Assembly: GCA_963719505.1 (NCBI GenBank) | Contig: CAVRCF010000005.1 | Coordinates: 544,001 to 608,000 of the forward strand | Direction of reading: 5' to 3' | Length of the DNA stretch: 64,000 bases | Source of the DNA: Halobacteriovoraceae bacterium | Lineage (GTDB): Bacteria > Bdellovibrionota > Bacteriovoracia > Bacteriovoracales > Bacteriovoracaceae | Shown: piece by piece, positions 1 through 10,182 of the stretch | Layout: each line of letters starts with the position of its first letter | Numbering within the stretch: position 1 is the stretch's first letter | Position numbers and translations under genes: made by a program | Notes under the pieces: generated by a model | The model's database searches: none | What the model saw: the letters and a program-made list of their open reading frames with translations, nothing else | Told to the model about the DNA's origin: nothing

Positions 1-519
1 TTCAAGTGAATAACCTTCTTTGTAATAGTAGAATGATAAAAACTCTTCCACGATTTCAAATTGCTCTGAGAGGGAACGACTCTCCAAAGTTCCCAAGTTC
101 TCGTCAAAGAAAAACCTTTGCCCTTTCGATCCCAAAACAAGGGACTTCATTTTTTCACCGAGACCCACAACCTCATACAGTTCCTGAGAATAGGCCGAAA
201 AAGCACTTTGAGACTGATTGTCCCTAAGGAAGTAGTCGAGCTCTTTAAGAGGAAATCTATCTATCGCCTCAAGGGGTTTACCTTGAATAAGATGAAAAAA
301 TCCATCGATAACACCTAAATACTCTCCTCTATATGAAGTCTCGTAACGTGCTTTGGAAACCAGCAGCTCGCTATCTTGAAAAGTATTAAAAAAGATTGTC
401 ACTTCAGCTTTCAATTGGTTTAAAGTCGTTTTAAATTCATGGTCAAAGAGCTCTTTTTCTCCATGTCTTAAATGTATGGGACTGTCAGATAAAGACAAGC
501 ATCTTTTTGAAAAGATCAC
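1..519 (-). CDS. Hypothetical protein, partial (runs off the left edge); missing from the ORF track
   Basis: Manual translation: GTG at 519-517 overlaps the upstream stop (GTGA). The frame stays open to position 1 (VIFSKRCLSLSDSPIHLRHGEKELFDHEFKTT...GVIDGFFHLIQGKPLEAIDRF...). Confidence 0.7.
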   Translation of the reverse strand, partial: MIFSKRCLSLSDSPIHLRHGEKELFDHEFKTTLNQLKAEVTIFFNTFQDSELLVSKARYETSYRGEYLGVIDGFFHLIQGKPLEAIDRFPLKELDYFLRDNQSQSAFSAYSQELYEVVGLGEKMKSLVLGSKGQRFFFDENLGTLESRSLSEQFEIVEEFLSFYYYKEGYSLE

Positions 520-1370
520 TCAGAGATCTCTGCTGTGTGGAGGACAACTCTTTTACTATCAACAACACCAATAAATTCATAGCCAAATTTAATTGGAGAA
601 CTTGCTTGCAAAGTAAGAACTAAATAGCCTGCTTTTGACTCGCCCCAGACTTTGGCTTTTTTTCTAAGAGGTCTCAACTTCCCCCCTGCACCAGAGATGA
701 GATATCTAACTCCATCCCGCTGCCCTTCATCACTGAGGTGGTGTTCGTGGCCAGATATGTAGACCTTAGTATTTGGGCTTAAAGCTCGTTTTATAAATTC
801 TCTAACGATAAAAGGAGAATCCCCGTGGGCTCCCGAGCTGATTAAAGGATGATGCCCTGTAAAAATTGAGAACTTACACCCGGCAAATTCACTGGAAATA
901 TCATCAAGCCATAGCAGTTGCTTGATAAAAAAAGCATTTGTATCCAAAGTTGTTATACAAATATCCCCTAGTTTTTGATGATAAAAAGGAGATGGAAAAA
1001 TTATATTTTTATAGTTTTTAGCAATGTCATACCAAACCTGAGTGTTTCCTTGATAGTCGTGGTTGCCAAGGCTTATATAAAGAGGAGTGGATTCTAAAAG
1101 CTCTTTATAAGGTCCTACAAATTTCTGAGTGAAATTTTTATCTTCAATACCTGAAAGCCCATCCTTATAGATAATATCACCTAGCATATGGATATCAGCA
1201 CATCCTTCTCTACTTAGAATTTTAGCTACGGCCATTTGTTGTTTTTTACCAGAACCAGTATCACCGATAAAGCAAAGCTTTGAGCCAACGGGTAGTGAGG
1301 TTTGACTAAAGACTACTGGATCCTGATGAAAAAAATTGCATGATGAAAACAAAAGAAAAAAGCCCCACAT
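516..1370 (-). CDS. Calcineurin-like metallophosphoesterase (acid phosphatase type), probable lipoprotein
   Basis: GDTG, GDIIY, GNHD, GHHP and GHEH metal-binding motifs; N-terminal FSSC lipobox. Confidence 0.85.
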   Translation of the reverse strand: MWGFFLLFSSCNFFHQDPVVFSQTSLPVGSKLCFIGDTGSGKKQQMAVAKILSREGCADIHMLGDIIYKDGLSGIEDKNFTQKFVGPYKELLESTPLYISLGNHDYQGNTQVWYDIAKNYKNIIFPSPFYHQKLGDICITTLDTNAFFIKQLLWLDDISSEFAGCKFSIFTGHHPLISSGAHGDSPFIVREFIKRALSPNTKVYISGHEHHLSDEGQRDGVRYLISGAGGKLRPLRKKAKVWGESKAGYLVLTLQASSPIKFGYEFIGVVDSKRVVLHTAEISE

Positions 1371-1383
1371 AATGTGAGGCTTT
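1351..1383 (-). terminator. Intrinsic terminator of the act operon
   Basis: Minus strand AAAGCCTCACA-TTA-TGTGGGGCTTT hairpin followed by a T-rich tract, about 25 nt after the actF stop. Confidence 0.7.
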
Positions 1384-1407
1384 ATATTTTTACTAAAAGT
1401 TAAAATA

Positions 1408-2601
1408 CTATTGATGAAGATGAATACCTTCTTCTAGTTGAGGATCGCCTTTTGCGATAATATCTTTTTTACTAAAAGCAGAACCAACCACAAAAATAAA
1501 CAAGCCTGCAAATCCAAGCCACTGAGCTAATTGAAGTGCACCAAAGCCACTTGAAGCAAGAGAATGAACACCATGGTGCTCAAAAACTTTTGGAGCAACC
1601 AATAGATAGAGATCTAAAAAGTGACCAACAAGTAAAATGATAGCGACAAGTTTTAATCTTTTCATATTTCTTTTAGCTGGACGGCTCATAAGAAGGAGAA
1701 AAGGTGCTCCCCAGTTAAGGATAAGGTTTAAAGCCCACTGAAATTGCCAGTGTTCAAATCTTAAGACGTAATATTCAGTTTCCTCTGGAATATTTGCATA
1801 CCAGATAAGTAAAAATTGAGAAAGCCATGTATAGGCCCAAAAAGTTGAGAAACCAAACATCCATTTTCCCATATCGTGAAGATGGTTATCGTTGATGATG
1901 CCCTTGAAGTAGCCTCTCTCTTTGAGAAAGATAGTTGCAAGACAGATAAATGACATACCCGAAACAAAACTTCCCGCAAAAACATTGACGCCGTAGATGG
2001 TAGAAAACCAGTGAGGTTCAACACTCATAAGCCAGTCAAACGAAGCAACAGAGATAGCAATGGCAAACAAGACAAGCCCTAATGCACTTGAACCGACAAT
2101 CTTATCAGCAACATCATGACCTTCGTCTTGTCTTAGAGATAATTTCGTTAATCGCATTCCAACAAAAATCCACGCTGCAAAAATGAGAACCATTCTTATC
2201 ATATAGAAAGACTCATTTAACCATGCTGTCTTTTGGCTTAAAATGGGATCATTTGCTACAAGCTCCGTATGAGTCCATTCATAAACTGAATGAAGACCAA
2301 AATACGTCAGAAGCATCAAGACAGCACCGTAAGGTAAGAATTTAGTCATTGCTTCAGGAATACGTTTATAAGGCGTAATCCAAGATGCCTGTAAAACTCC
2401 TGTTACTGCCAAAAAGAAAACTCCTGAAACTGCAATTGTCACGAAGTAGACATTATTAACAATAAAATCAACCCAAGCGATTGTGGGATTCAAAAGAAAG
2501 CCACAAACTGTCGCAATAATTCCAATGACAATGAGAACTAAAGAGGTTGTTTTAAGTCCGCCTTTGAATTCATAATTTTTTATATCTAAGTTAGTACTCA
2601 C
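1408..2601 (-). CDS. actF: Alternative complex III membrane subunit ActF
   Basis: About 10 TM helices; FDWLMSVEPHWFSTIYG and QFLLIWYANIPEE motifs; last gene of the act operon. Confidence 0.88.
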   Translation of the reverse strand: MSTNLDIKNYEFKGGLKTTSLVLIVIGIIATVCGFLLNPTIAWVDFIVNNVYFVTIAVSGVFFLAVTGVLQASWITPYKRIPEAMTKFLPYGAVLMLLTYFGLHSVYEWTHTELVANDPILSQKTAWLNESFYMIRMVLIFAAWIFVGMRLTKLSLRQDEGHDVADKIVGSSALGLVLFAIAISVASFDWLMSVEPHWFSTIYGVNVFAGSFVSGMSFICLATIFLKERGYFKGIINDNHLHDMGKWMFGFSTFWAYTWLSQFLLIWYANIPEETEYYVLRFEHWQFQWALNLILNWGAPFLLLMSRPAKRNMKRLKLVAIILLVGHFLDLYLLVAPKVFEHHGVHSLASSGFGALQLAQWLGFAGLFIFVVGSAFSKKDIIAKGDPQLEEGIHLHQ

Positions 2602-2610
2602 GTTTATCCC

Positions 2611-3180
2611 CTATTTCCTTCTCTTTTTCTTTTTCATTAGTTTTTCACGAACGTATTCAGAAACATGCCATCTATCTATTGGATGAAGTTGCTGAGCGTA
2701 TGAAGACATATTCCCAAGACCATATGTGATCACATTATAAACATGACCTGCAGGGTACTTATCTCTTTTCTTCCACTTTCTAGCGTTGAACTTAGGAGGT
2801 TTTGGATAACCACCTTTAGTAACGACAAGTCCGTCCGCTAACCCTTTGTCTCCGTGACAAGAAGAACACATTGCTTGGTAGAGCATTTCTCCGCGCTCCC
2901 AAGCATAATCATCCATTTGATACGGATTCGAAAGAACTTGTGGGTTACCTTCTTCATTCATTGGATGAGGAAGAAAGCCTCTAGAGATTGTTCCTTCTCT
3001 GGCCAATTGGTTTGTCTGCCCATTAGCATAAAGATAGTTCTCCGTCTGCGCTTCATAAGCCTTGGAGTAAGCCATATCAGTTATGATATTGTAACCCGTG
3101 CTATTTTTTCCACCTGAGCAGGAACTAAAAGCAAGAATTGAAATCAGGCTTATCAGTAATTTTGTTTTATTATTTTTCAC
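2611..3180 (-). CDS. actE: ACIII monoheme cytochrome c lipoprotein ActE
   Basis: Lipobox FSSC, single CSSCH, distal Met (GNMSSY); operon position. Confidence 0.88.
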   Translation of the reverse strand: MKNNKTKLLISLISILAFSSCSGGKNSTGYNIITDMAYSKAYEAQTENYLYANGQTNQLAREGTISRGFLPHPMNEEGNPQVLSNPYQMDDYAWERGEMLYQAMCSSCHGDKGLADGLVVTKGGYPKPPKFNARKWKKRDKYPAGHVYNVITYGLGNMSSYAQQLHPIDRWHVSEYVREKLMKKKKRRK

Positions 3181-3190
3181 TAATTTCCCC

Positions 3191-3715
3191 TTATATACTT
3201 AAATCAATATTTTGAACTCTAACTTCTACAGCTCCACCCTCTTTTAAAAGAGCAGTGACATCGTCGAGATTCGTTTTGTTTTTATCAATTGCCATTATAA
3301 ACTTATCATCAGTCTGAGCTGGATCGATGATCACAGGTTTCTTCCCTGGAAAAAGTTTATTGAATGCCAAAAATGCAGCAACAGTAGTATGTGCACCAAT
3401 AAGAACAGTGAATTCAAAAGTAATTGGTAGAAAACTTGGAATAGACATAAATGGCTTTCCACCGATGTTGATAGGCCAATCAATATTAAAAACCCACATT
3501 TGAAATGATAACGCCAAAACCATACCCGTTAGACCAGCTAACAAAGTGATGTAAGGCAGAAAACTTCTTTTGATACCCATGGCCTCATCTAATCCATGGA
3601 CAGGAAAAGGAGTGTAAATATCGTAGATTTCAATATTCTTTGACACAAGCTTCTCTGTTGAATGGAGAAGCTTCTCGTCGTCCAAAAAAGTTGCGATTAC
3701 GTAGTCTTTGTTCAT
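3191..3715 (-). CDS. actD: ACIII subunit ActD (DUF3341)
   Basis: YTPFPVHGLDEAMG and WPINIGGKP...PITFE motifs; 2 TM. Confidence 0.9.
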   Translation of the reverse strand: MNKDYVIATFLDDEKLLHSTEKLVSKNIEIYDIYTPFPVHGLDEAMGIKRSFLPYITLLAGLTGMVLALSFQMWVFNIDWPINIGGKPFMSIPSFLPITFEFTVLIGAHTTVAAFLAFNKLFPGKKPVIIDPAQTDDKFIMAIDKNKTNLDDVTALLKEGGAVEVRVQNIDLSI

Positions 3716-5090
3716 TATTTATTCCCTCTCGCGTATCTATAAACAGACTTAACTTCTGCCACAGCGATTCCTGGAAAGAATCTAATGAAGAGGAAAAAAA
3801 GTGTAAAAAATAATCCAAATGTTCCAATAAATGTCCAAATCTCAACCCAAGTAGGAGAATACATAACCCACGAAGATGGAAGATAATCTCTGTGAAGTGA
3901 AGTTGTGATAATAACAAATCGCTCAAACCACATCCCGATATTAACAAAGATTGAAATAATAAAAACAAAAACCATATTTCTTCTAAGCTTTTTAAACCAA
4001 AAGAACTGAGGAGAGATAACGTTACAAGAAATCATTGACCAATATGCCCACCAATATGGACCAGTAGCTCTAGTTAGTAAAAGCATATTGCTCGTATTCA
4101 TTTCCTGAATACCAAGCCATAAAAAACTCAGTTCCGTAGGCAAGACCAACCATCGATACCAGTAAGACAATAACCTTACACATGGCATCAATATGACCTT
4201 CAGTAATATAGTTTTCCCAGTTCATGATCTTTTCTCGTGAGAATCAAAAGAGTACAAACCATGGCAAAACCAGAAAAGATTGCACCGGCAACAAAGTATG
4301 GAGGAAAGATAGTTGTGTGCCATCCAGGAATAACTGAAGTTGCAAAGTCAAAAGATACAATCGTGTGAACCGAAAGAACTAGTGGAGTTGCAAGGCCCGC
4401 AAGAATAAGTGATAAAACTTCAAAGTGATGCCAAGTTCTTGTTGAACCATTCCAACCAAAAGAGAAAATACCGTATATTAATTTTCTATAATTTGATTTC
4501 GTTCTATCTCTTATTGTTGCAAGATCTGGAAGAAGACCCATATACCAAAAAACTAAGTGAGACTGTTAGGTAAGTCGAAATTGCGAAAACATCCCAAAGA
4601 AGTGGTGATCTAAAGTTAACCCAAAGAGGTCCTCTTGTATTTGGATAAGGAAAAACCCAATAAAGAAGCCAAGGACGTCCAGCGTGAATAAGGGAAATAT
4701 ACCAGCACAGGCAACAGCAAAAATTGTCATTGCCTCAGCTGCTCTGTTAATCCCCGTTCTCCATCTTTGTCTAAAGATTAAAAGAATCGCAGAAATAAGT
4801 GTTCCTGCGTGACCAATACCAACCCAAAAAACGAAGTTCGTAATATCCCAAGACCAACCAACAGTCTTATTCAGATCCCCAAGTACCAATCCCAGTTCCA
4901 ACTTGATAAAGAATGACCATCAAAAACCCTATCGTTAAGATAAGAAGCAGAAATTGAAAAACCTATAAGCCAAGCTTTAGTAGGTGGAGCTTCAAGTGTA
5001 TCAAGAATATCTTCAGATATTTGCTTATAGCTTCTCTCTTCGGTTACAAGCTAATTCTGTTCTTAATTTTGAAACATGCGCATCTGACAT
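3715..5090 (-). CDS. actC: ACIII quinol-binding subunit ActC (NrfD/PsrC family), frameshifted in this sequence
   Basis: ATG at 5090 with a GGAA RBS. Fragments carry [37 protein letters not shown]...[20 protein letters not shown] and [10 protein letters not shown]. Multiple frame breaks, probably sequencing errors. Confidence 0.88.
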
Positions 5091-5104
5091 AATCTATTCC
5101 TTAC

Positions 5105-8018
5105 CTATTTATTTCTAATTTTTGTTAAGTAACTAACTCTTGGTTTAACATTAAGTTCTTCAAGAACTGTATAGTTTCTCTCGTGCCCTAGATATTCTAG
5201 AGATTTTGACTTCTTTATCATTCATATCACCAAAGACAATTGCATCACCCGGACAAGACTGCTGACAAGCAACTTTGATATCACCGTCTTTAAAGCTACG
5301 TCTTTCTCTTTTTGCCTGTAAGTTTTCCATCTTGAATTCTTTGAATACACAGAGAACATTTCTCCATGACTCCACGAGATCTAATTGAGAAACATCTGGG
5401 TTAAGAGCCATTTTCGCCATTTTGTCTGAGCGATCATAGTTAAACCAGTTGAATCTTCTAACTTTATAAGGACAGTTGTTTGCACAATATCTTGTCCCAA
5501 CACATCTGTTATAAATTTGCTGATTGATACCATCACTTGAGTGAACAGTGGCAAGAACAGGACAAACGTTTTCACAAGGAGCATTTTCACAGTGCTGACA
5601 AAGCATTGGCATGTGCATAACTTCAGGTTGATGCTTCATCACCTTTATAGTAACGATCAAGTCTCATCCAGTGCATTTCACGTCGGTTAGCAACTTCTTG
5701 ACGACCAACAACGGAACATTGTTTTCAGCATTACAAGAAACAATACAAGCACTGAACATCCAGTACAATTATTGAGATCAATGGACATTGCCCACTGATG
5801 CCCATCTTTTTTATGTTCAGGATAAATATTTACAAGTTTTGCACTTCTGTGACCTGTCTTTGGATTTTTTGAATAATCAGACAAGCCCAGCTTCTCTAAC
5901 GATATCTCTGCCTTCCATATATTGGTGAGTTTGAGACTGAGCTAGACCTTTAAAAGTTCCTGTTTTTGATATTGTTCCATAAGATAAAGAGTTTTGAGTC
6001 GATCCATTAGCAAACCTATTAAAAGCAAAGGCATTACCACCAAGGTTCTTTGCCACTTTACCAGCGACACTTCTTCCGTACCCAACTGCAACTGCAACTG
6101 TATTCATCTCAGTTCCAGGTTGAACAATTGCTGGAATTGTTATCTCGTGAGAATCAGATTTAAGAGTAACTAGATCTCCCGACTTGATTGAATTATCTTT
6201 TGCGTACTTTGGACTAATCATCGCATAGTTGTCCCAAGTTGCTTTGGTAATTGGATCAGGAAGCTCTTGTAGCCATGGATTATTGGCCATATCCCCATCC
6301 ATTATCGCCGTTTTTTGGTAAGTGATAATTTGAAGACCTGACTTATAAGTGATGTTCTGAACGTTTCTCACGTAAGGAGCAACGCCAATTGAACTTGTAT
6401 TAACATTACTTGAGAGACCATCAAGAGAAACAACGCCATCATGAAGAGACTTATTCCAAAAGTCAGTCGCATTTATATAGCCAGAACTTTTTGAGAAAAG
6501 ATTTTTCTCCCAAAACCCTTTCATATAATCGTAGAAAGTTCCTTTCATTGAAAGAGTGGCCATCAGAGTTTCTGAAAACATTCTTGAACCAAAAAGTGGC
6601 TGAACCACAGGTTGAGTAAATGAGAGTTCTTTTGAAGAAACTAAAGTATCTGACCAAGTCTCGTATGGATGATTTCCAGTGGCATTGAAATTTGAAAGTG
6701 AACTTGTCTCGTCGTTAGATAAAGCAAAAGTTACTCTTGTATCGACCTTCGCATAAGCCTTCTTAAATATATCAGCTTTTGGATAGTTGTAAGCTGGATT
6801 TACTCCAACAAGTAAAACTGCTCCGACGTTTCCGGTATTCATCTTAGTCACTAACTCTTCAAAAGCTTTGTCGTCAGCAAGAACCTTATGATCTGAAGCC
6901 ACAACACTAATGGTCTTTCCATAACTGCCTAAAGCGACATTGATTTGGTTAACAATAACTTGAACATTCACATCAGTGTCACTTGATACAACCAAAGACT
7001 TTCCACTGTTGGCCTTAAGTTCTTTAACTAGGCTTGCCACCATATCCTTGTGAGCAGAGTCAACTTTTACTTCTGCTCCGGTAACTCCTTGAAGAACGCC
7101 AAGAAGAATCGATCTAGAGTCCTTAAGAGATTTAGTATGTCTAAAGTCTGCATTTGAACCCGTTAAACTCATGATCGGCTCAATTTGAATATGTCTACTC
7201 ATTCCACCTTGGGCTTTTGGATTTCTCTTAGAAACATATTGTTTCGTATAAGCAGAAGAATTCCCCCAACTTCCTAGAAAGTCAGCACCAAAAGATAAAA
7301 TTAAATTAGCTTTATCAAAGGAGTATTCATTAGTTGCTTTCTTACCAAATGAAATTTCATTAGCAGCCGTTTGAGAGTAATCAGAAGTTCCTTCGTAAGC
7401 TATATGTGTTGCCCCAAAAGATTGACAAAACTCTTTTATAAGAGCGATTTCACTTGGTGAAGCCATGGCTGGTGTAACGATGTGAATTTCTTTTCCAGAT
7501 TCTTTTGCCGAGTTTAAAGCAGCAATAAGTTTTTCATCAAACTGATTCCATTCAACACTTTGTCCATCTACTAAGGGAGCATCTAGACGATTTGAATCGT
7601 AAAGAGATAAAACTGAAGCTTGAGCTTGAGACCCAACTCCCCCACCAGTGAAGGTCGATTTAGCATTACCTTCAATCTTTATAGGACGTCCTTCTCTCGT
7701 CTTAACGAGAACAGGTGTTCCTTTGAAAGTAGATCCGTACCAGTTTGCAACTCCGGGAAGAACTGTATCATTTTTATATAAATAAGGGATCGCGGCTCTT
7801 ACTGGAATTTTCACACACCCAGTTAATGGAAGTGCTGTGACGGAGAATCCCATAATCTTAAGAAAACTTCTTCTCGATTTTTCTACCGAAAAAGAATCAA
7901 ACTCATCGTCCTTAAATTCTTTATCTACTTTTTCTTGATCTTGAACTTTGTTTTCAACATCTTGCCAATAACCTTCAGAAGGTTTGTTGCCGTTTTCATT
8001 TGTTTCAAATTTGCTCAT
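5105..8018 (-). CDS. actB: ACIII subunit ActB (Tat-exported molybdopterin-oxidoreductase-like domain plus Fe-S domain), frameshifted in the 3' part
   Basis: SRRSFLK twin-Arg signal, [10 protein letters not shown] and [11 protein letters not shown] motifs. Fe-S motifs [23 protein letters not shown] and [14 protein letters not shown] lie in downstream fragments. Ends ...YLTKIRNK with TAG at 5107-5105. Confidence 0.88.
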
Positions 8019-8066
8019 TATATTTACCTTTAAAATTATTAATTATTTAAAATTAGTAATGAAATA

Positions 8067-8666
8067 TTAGTAATGACACTTAGAACAGTCACCGCCGGCA
8101 TTACTCTTGCCTTGAACAGATCCTTCAAATGCGTCCTCTTTACCTTTACCACCGTGTGCTTCGTCGTTAGGAGGAGCGATTCCGTTTTCTCTGTGACAGT
8201 TTATACACCAACCCATTGCAAGTTTTTCCTCTTGCCAATAAACTTCCATCTCTTCAACAGGACCGTGACATTTTTGACAAGCAAAACCCGCAACATTCAC
8301 ATGTTGTGCGTGATTAAAATAAGCGAAGTCTGGATAATAATTAACTTTTTTCCAATGAATATTTTCACCAGAATCGACGGCTTTTTGTATTTTCATTATT
8401 TCTGGAGAATTTACTTTTACTTTGGCATGACAGTTAAGACAAAGCTGAGTCGGTGGAATTCCAGCATGACGACTTTTGTCTGCACCGAAGTGACAATATT
8501 TACAATCTATTTTTAACTCGCCCGCATGCTTTGCGTGAGAGAAAGCGATTGGCTGGTCAGGTTGGTAACCTTGATTAAAACCAATGTGCCTAGCCTGAGT
8601 GACGACAAACGCCCCAAGCGCACTAAACGCTACAAGTGCTAAAAGAGCACCAAACAACTTCTTCAT
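8067..8666 (-). CDS. actA: ACIII pentaheme cytochrome c ActA
   Basis: Five CxxCH motifs (CKYCH, CLNCH, CQKCH, CINCH, CSKCH); QPIAFSH; N-terminal TM; the AAGGA RBS favours the ATG at 8666. Confidence 0.9.
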   Translation of the reverse strand: MKKLFGALLALVAFSALGAFVVTQARHIGFNQGYQPDQPIAFSHAKHAGELKIDCKYCHFGADKSRHAGIPPTQLCLNCHAKVKVNSPEIMKIQKAVDSGENIHWKKVNYYPDFAYFNHAQHVNVAGFACQKCHGPVEEMEVYWQEEKLAMGWCINCHRENGIAPPNDEAHGGKGKEDAFEGSVQGKSNAGGDCSKCHY

Positions 8667-8939
8667 ACACATTCCTTAAAAAAGTGGTTAATTTAATTAA
8701 AATTTGCTTTTATTCTAAGTATTTACATATCATTTCACAAGGGTAATCGACAATTGAAATCTGATTGACACATCATTTTGTCTAACTACTCATTGCGCAA
8801 AGTTGCAATGCACTTTCTAGAGGGGCATTCGTTGAATATAGGTCAATTTTATCCCTATATAAAAATAATTTGCAAGGCAAACATTGAGAGGGTAAATGAA
8901 AAGAAATTATTTAGTAACTTTTAATATTGGAACGTTTAT

Positions 8940-10064
8940 ATGGAATTTCTTGGCGGCTTAACACCAGAAAGGTTTTTGAAAGAATACTGGGAGAAGAAAC
9001 CACTTCTTATTCGAGGGGCATTTCCTGGAGCTCATAAGCTTTCAACTTTTGAAGAATTTAAAGAGCTGGCCTTCGATGAAGAGTTTGAAACTCGCATCAT
9101 CTATAATAGTGAGAACAAATACTCTGTAGAAGAAGGACCTTTTGGCGAAGAAGCGTTTACGAGTGAAAAATATACCTTTGCTTGCCACAACCTTAATACA
9201 TTATCAGCAGATTTTTTTGAACTAGAGAAGTGTGTCGACTTTATTCCAAAGTGGCTCTTTGACGATGTCATGGGTACCCTATCAAACACTGGAGCAACCA
9301 TCGGTGCTCACATTGATAAATACAATGTTTTTATTTTACAAGGAACAGGAAGACGCCTTTGGAAGCTTCAAGAAAATCCCGATCATACATACGATCCAGA
9401 TAAACAGCTCAAGATTCTCAAAAACTTTAAACCCAATATTGAATGGACTCTTGAGCCGGGTGACATGATCTATATTCCCTCCAGTGTTGCTCATGAGGGA
9501 ACAAGTTTAGAAGACTCTCTATCCTACTCAATTGGCTTTAAATCGATTGAAGATCAGATTGTATTAGATAATTTTCTCACCGATTGCTTAGAAAATATCG
9601 AGACAGAAAAATATTTAAAGATTGATCATTTAGAAGTTCCAAAAGACAAAAATTCGATTCCTAAATGTCTGATTCCTCTCGTTCATAAAAGGTTACAAAG
9701 TTATATTGGTGATGAAAATTTTTTCAGAAATTGGTTTATATCCTTTCTCTCAAAGGGAAAGGATGAGGTGGTGGAAGGAGAAATATTTATCCAAGAAGAA
9801 ATTATCGCCAATAGTAAAAGGGATCTTATCTTTAAAGATCAGCTCACAAGAATTGCAACTTTTGATGAAGATTCAGATAAGATATTAAGTATCAACAAAG
9901 TACTCTATAGAATTGAGAAAGAGTCTTATGGTGAAGTTGAAAGATGGTTTAGCGCAAGTGTCGACACGCCCATCGAGATAAATTTTCACAATTTAGACAA
10001 TGATCAGTGGCCTCTTTTAATTGACCTTTTTAAAAGAGGGATCTTTTATTTTGAGCCTTCATAG
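8940..10064 (+). CDS. roxA: JmjC/cupin ribosomal protein uL16 hydroxylase (RoxA/YcfD family)
   Basis: FLKEYWEKKPLLIRGAF, HID (HxD) and LEPGDMIYIP...AHEG motifs. Confidence 0.8.
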   Translation: MEFLGGLTPERFLKEYWEKKPLLIRGAFPGAHKLSTFEEFKELAFDEEFETRIIYNSENKYSVEEGPFGEEAFTSEKYTFACHNLNTLSADFFELEKCVDFIPKWLFDDVMGTLSNTGATIGAHIDKYNVFILQGTGRRLWKLQENPDHTYDPDKQLKILKNFKPNIEWTLEPGDMIYIPSSVAHEGTSLEDSLSYSIGFKSIEDQIVLDNFLTDCLENIETEKYLKIDHLEVPKDKNSIPKCLIPLVHKRLQSYIGDENFFRNWFISFLSKGKDEVVEGEIFIQEEIIANSKRDLIFKDQLTRIATFDEDSDKILSINKVLYRIEKESYGEVERWFSASVDTPIEINFHNLDNDQWPLLIDLFKRGIFYFEPS

Positions 10065-10147
10065 AGTTTTGCTGATAAGTACCTAAAATCACGTTTTTAA
10101 ATTAAGATAGACTTAAGCATAAATGTACAAAATCTTAGAGATTTTTC

Positions 10148-10175
10148 TCAAATTTTGACCTTTTTACACCGATAT
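10148..10175 (+). promoter_or_regulatory. Putative sigma28 (FliA)-type promoter
   Basis: TCAAATTT-N12-ACCGATAT, 7 nt before the ATG at 10183. Confidence 0.55.
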
Positions 10176-10182
10176 GTTGGTG

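Noticed and set aside
6-318. Plus-strand ORFs 6-227 and 118-318
   Set aside because: They are antisense shadows of the longer minus-strand frame 1-519, which is coupled to the upstream gene
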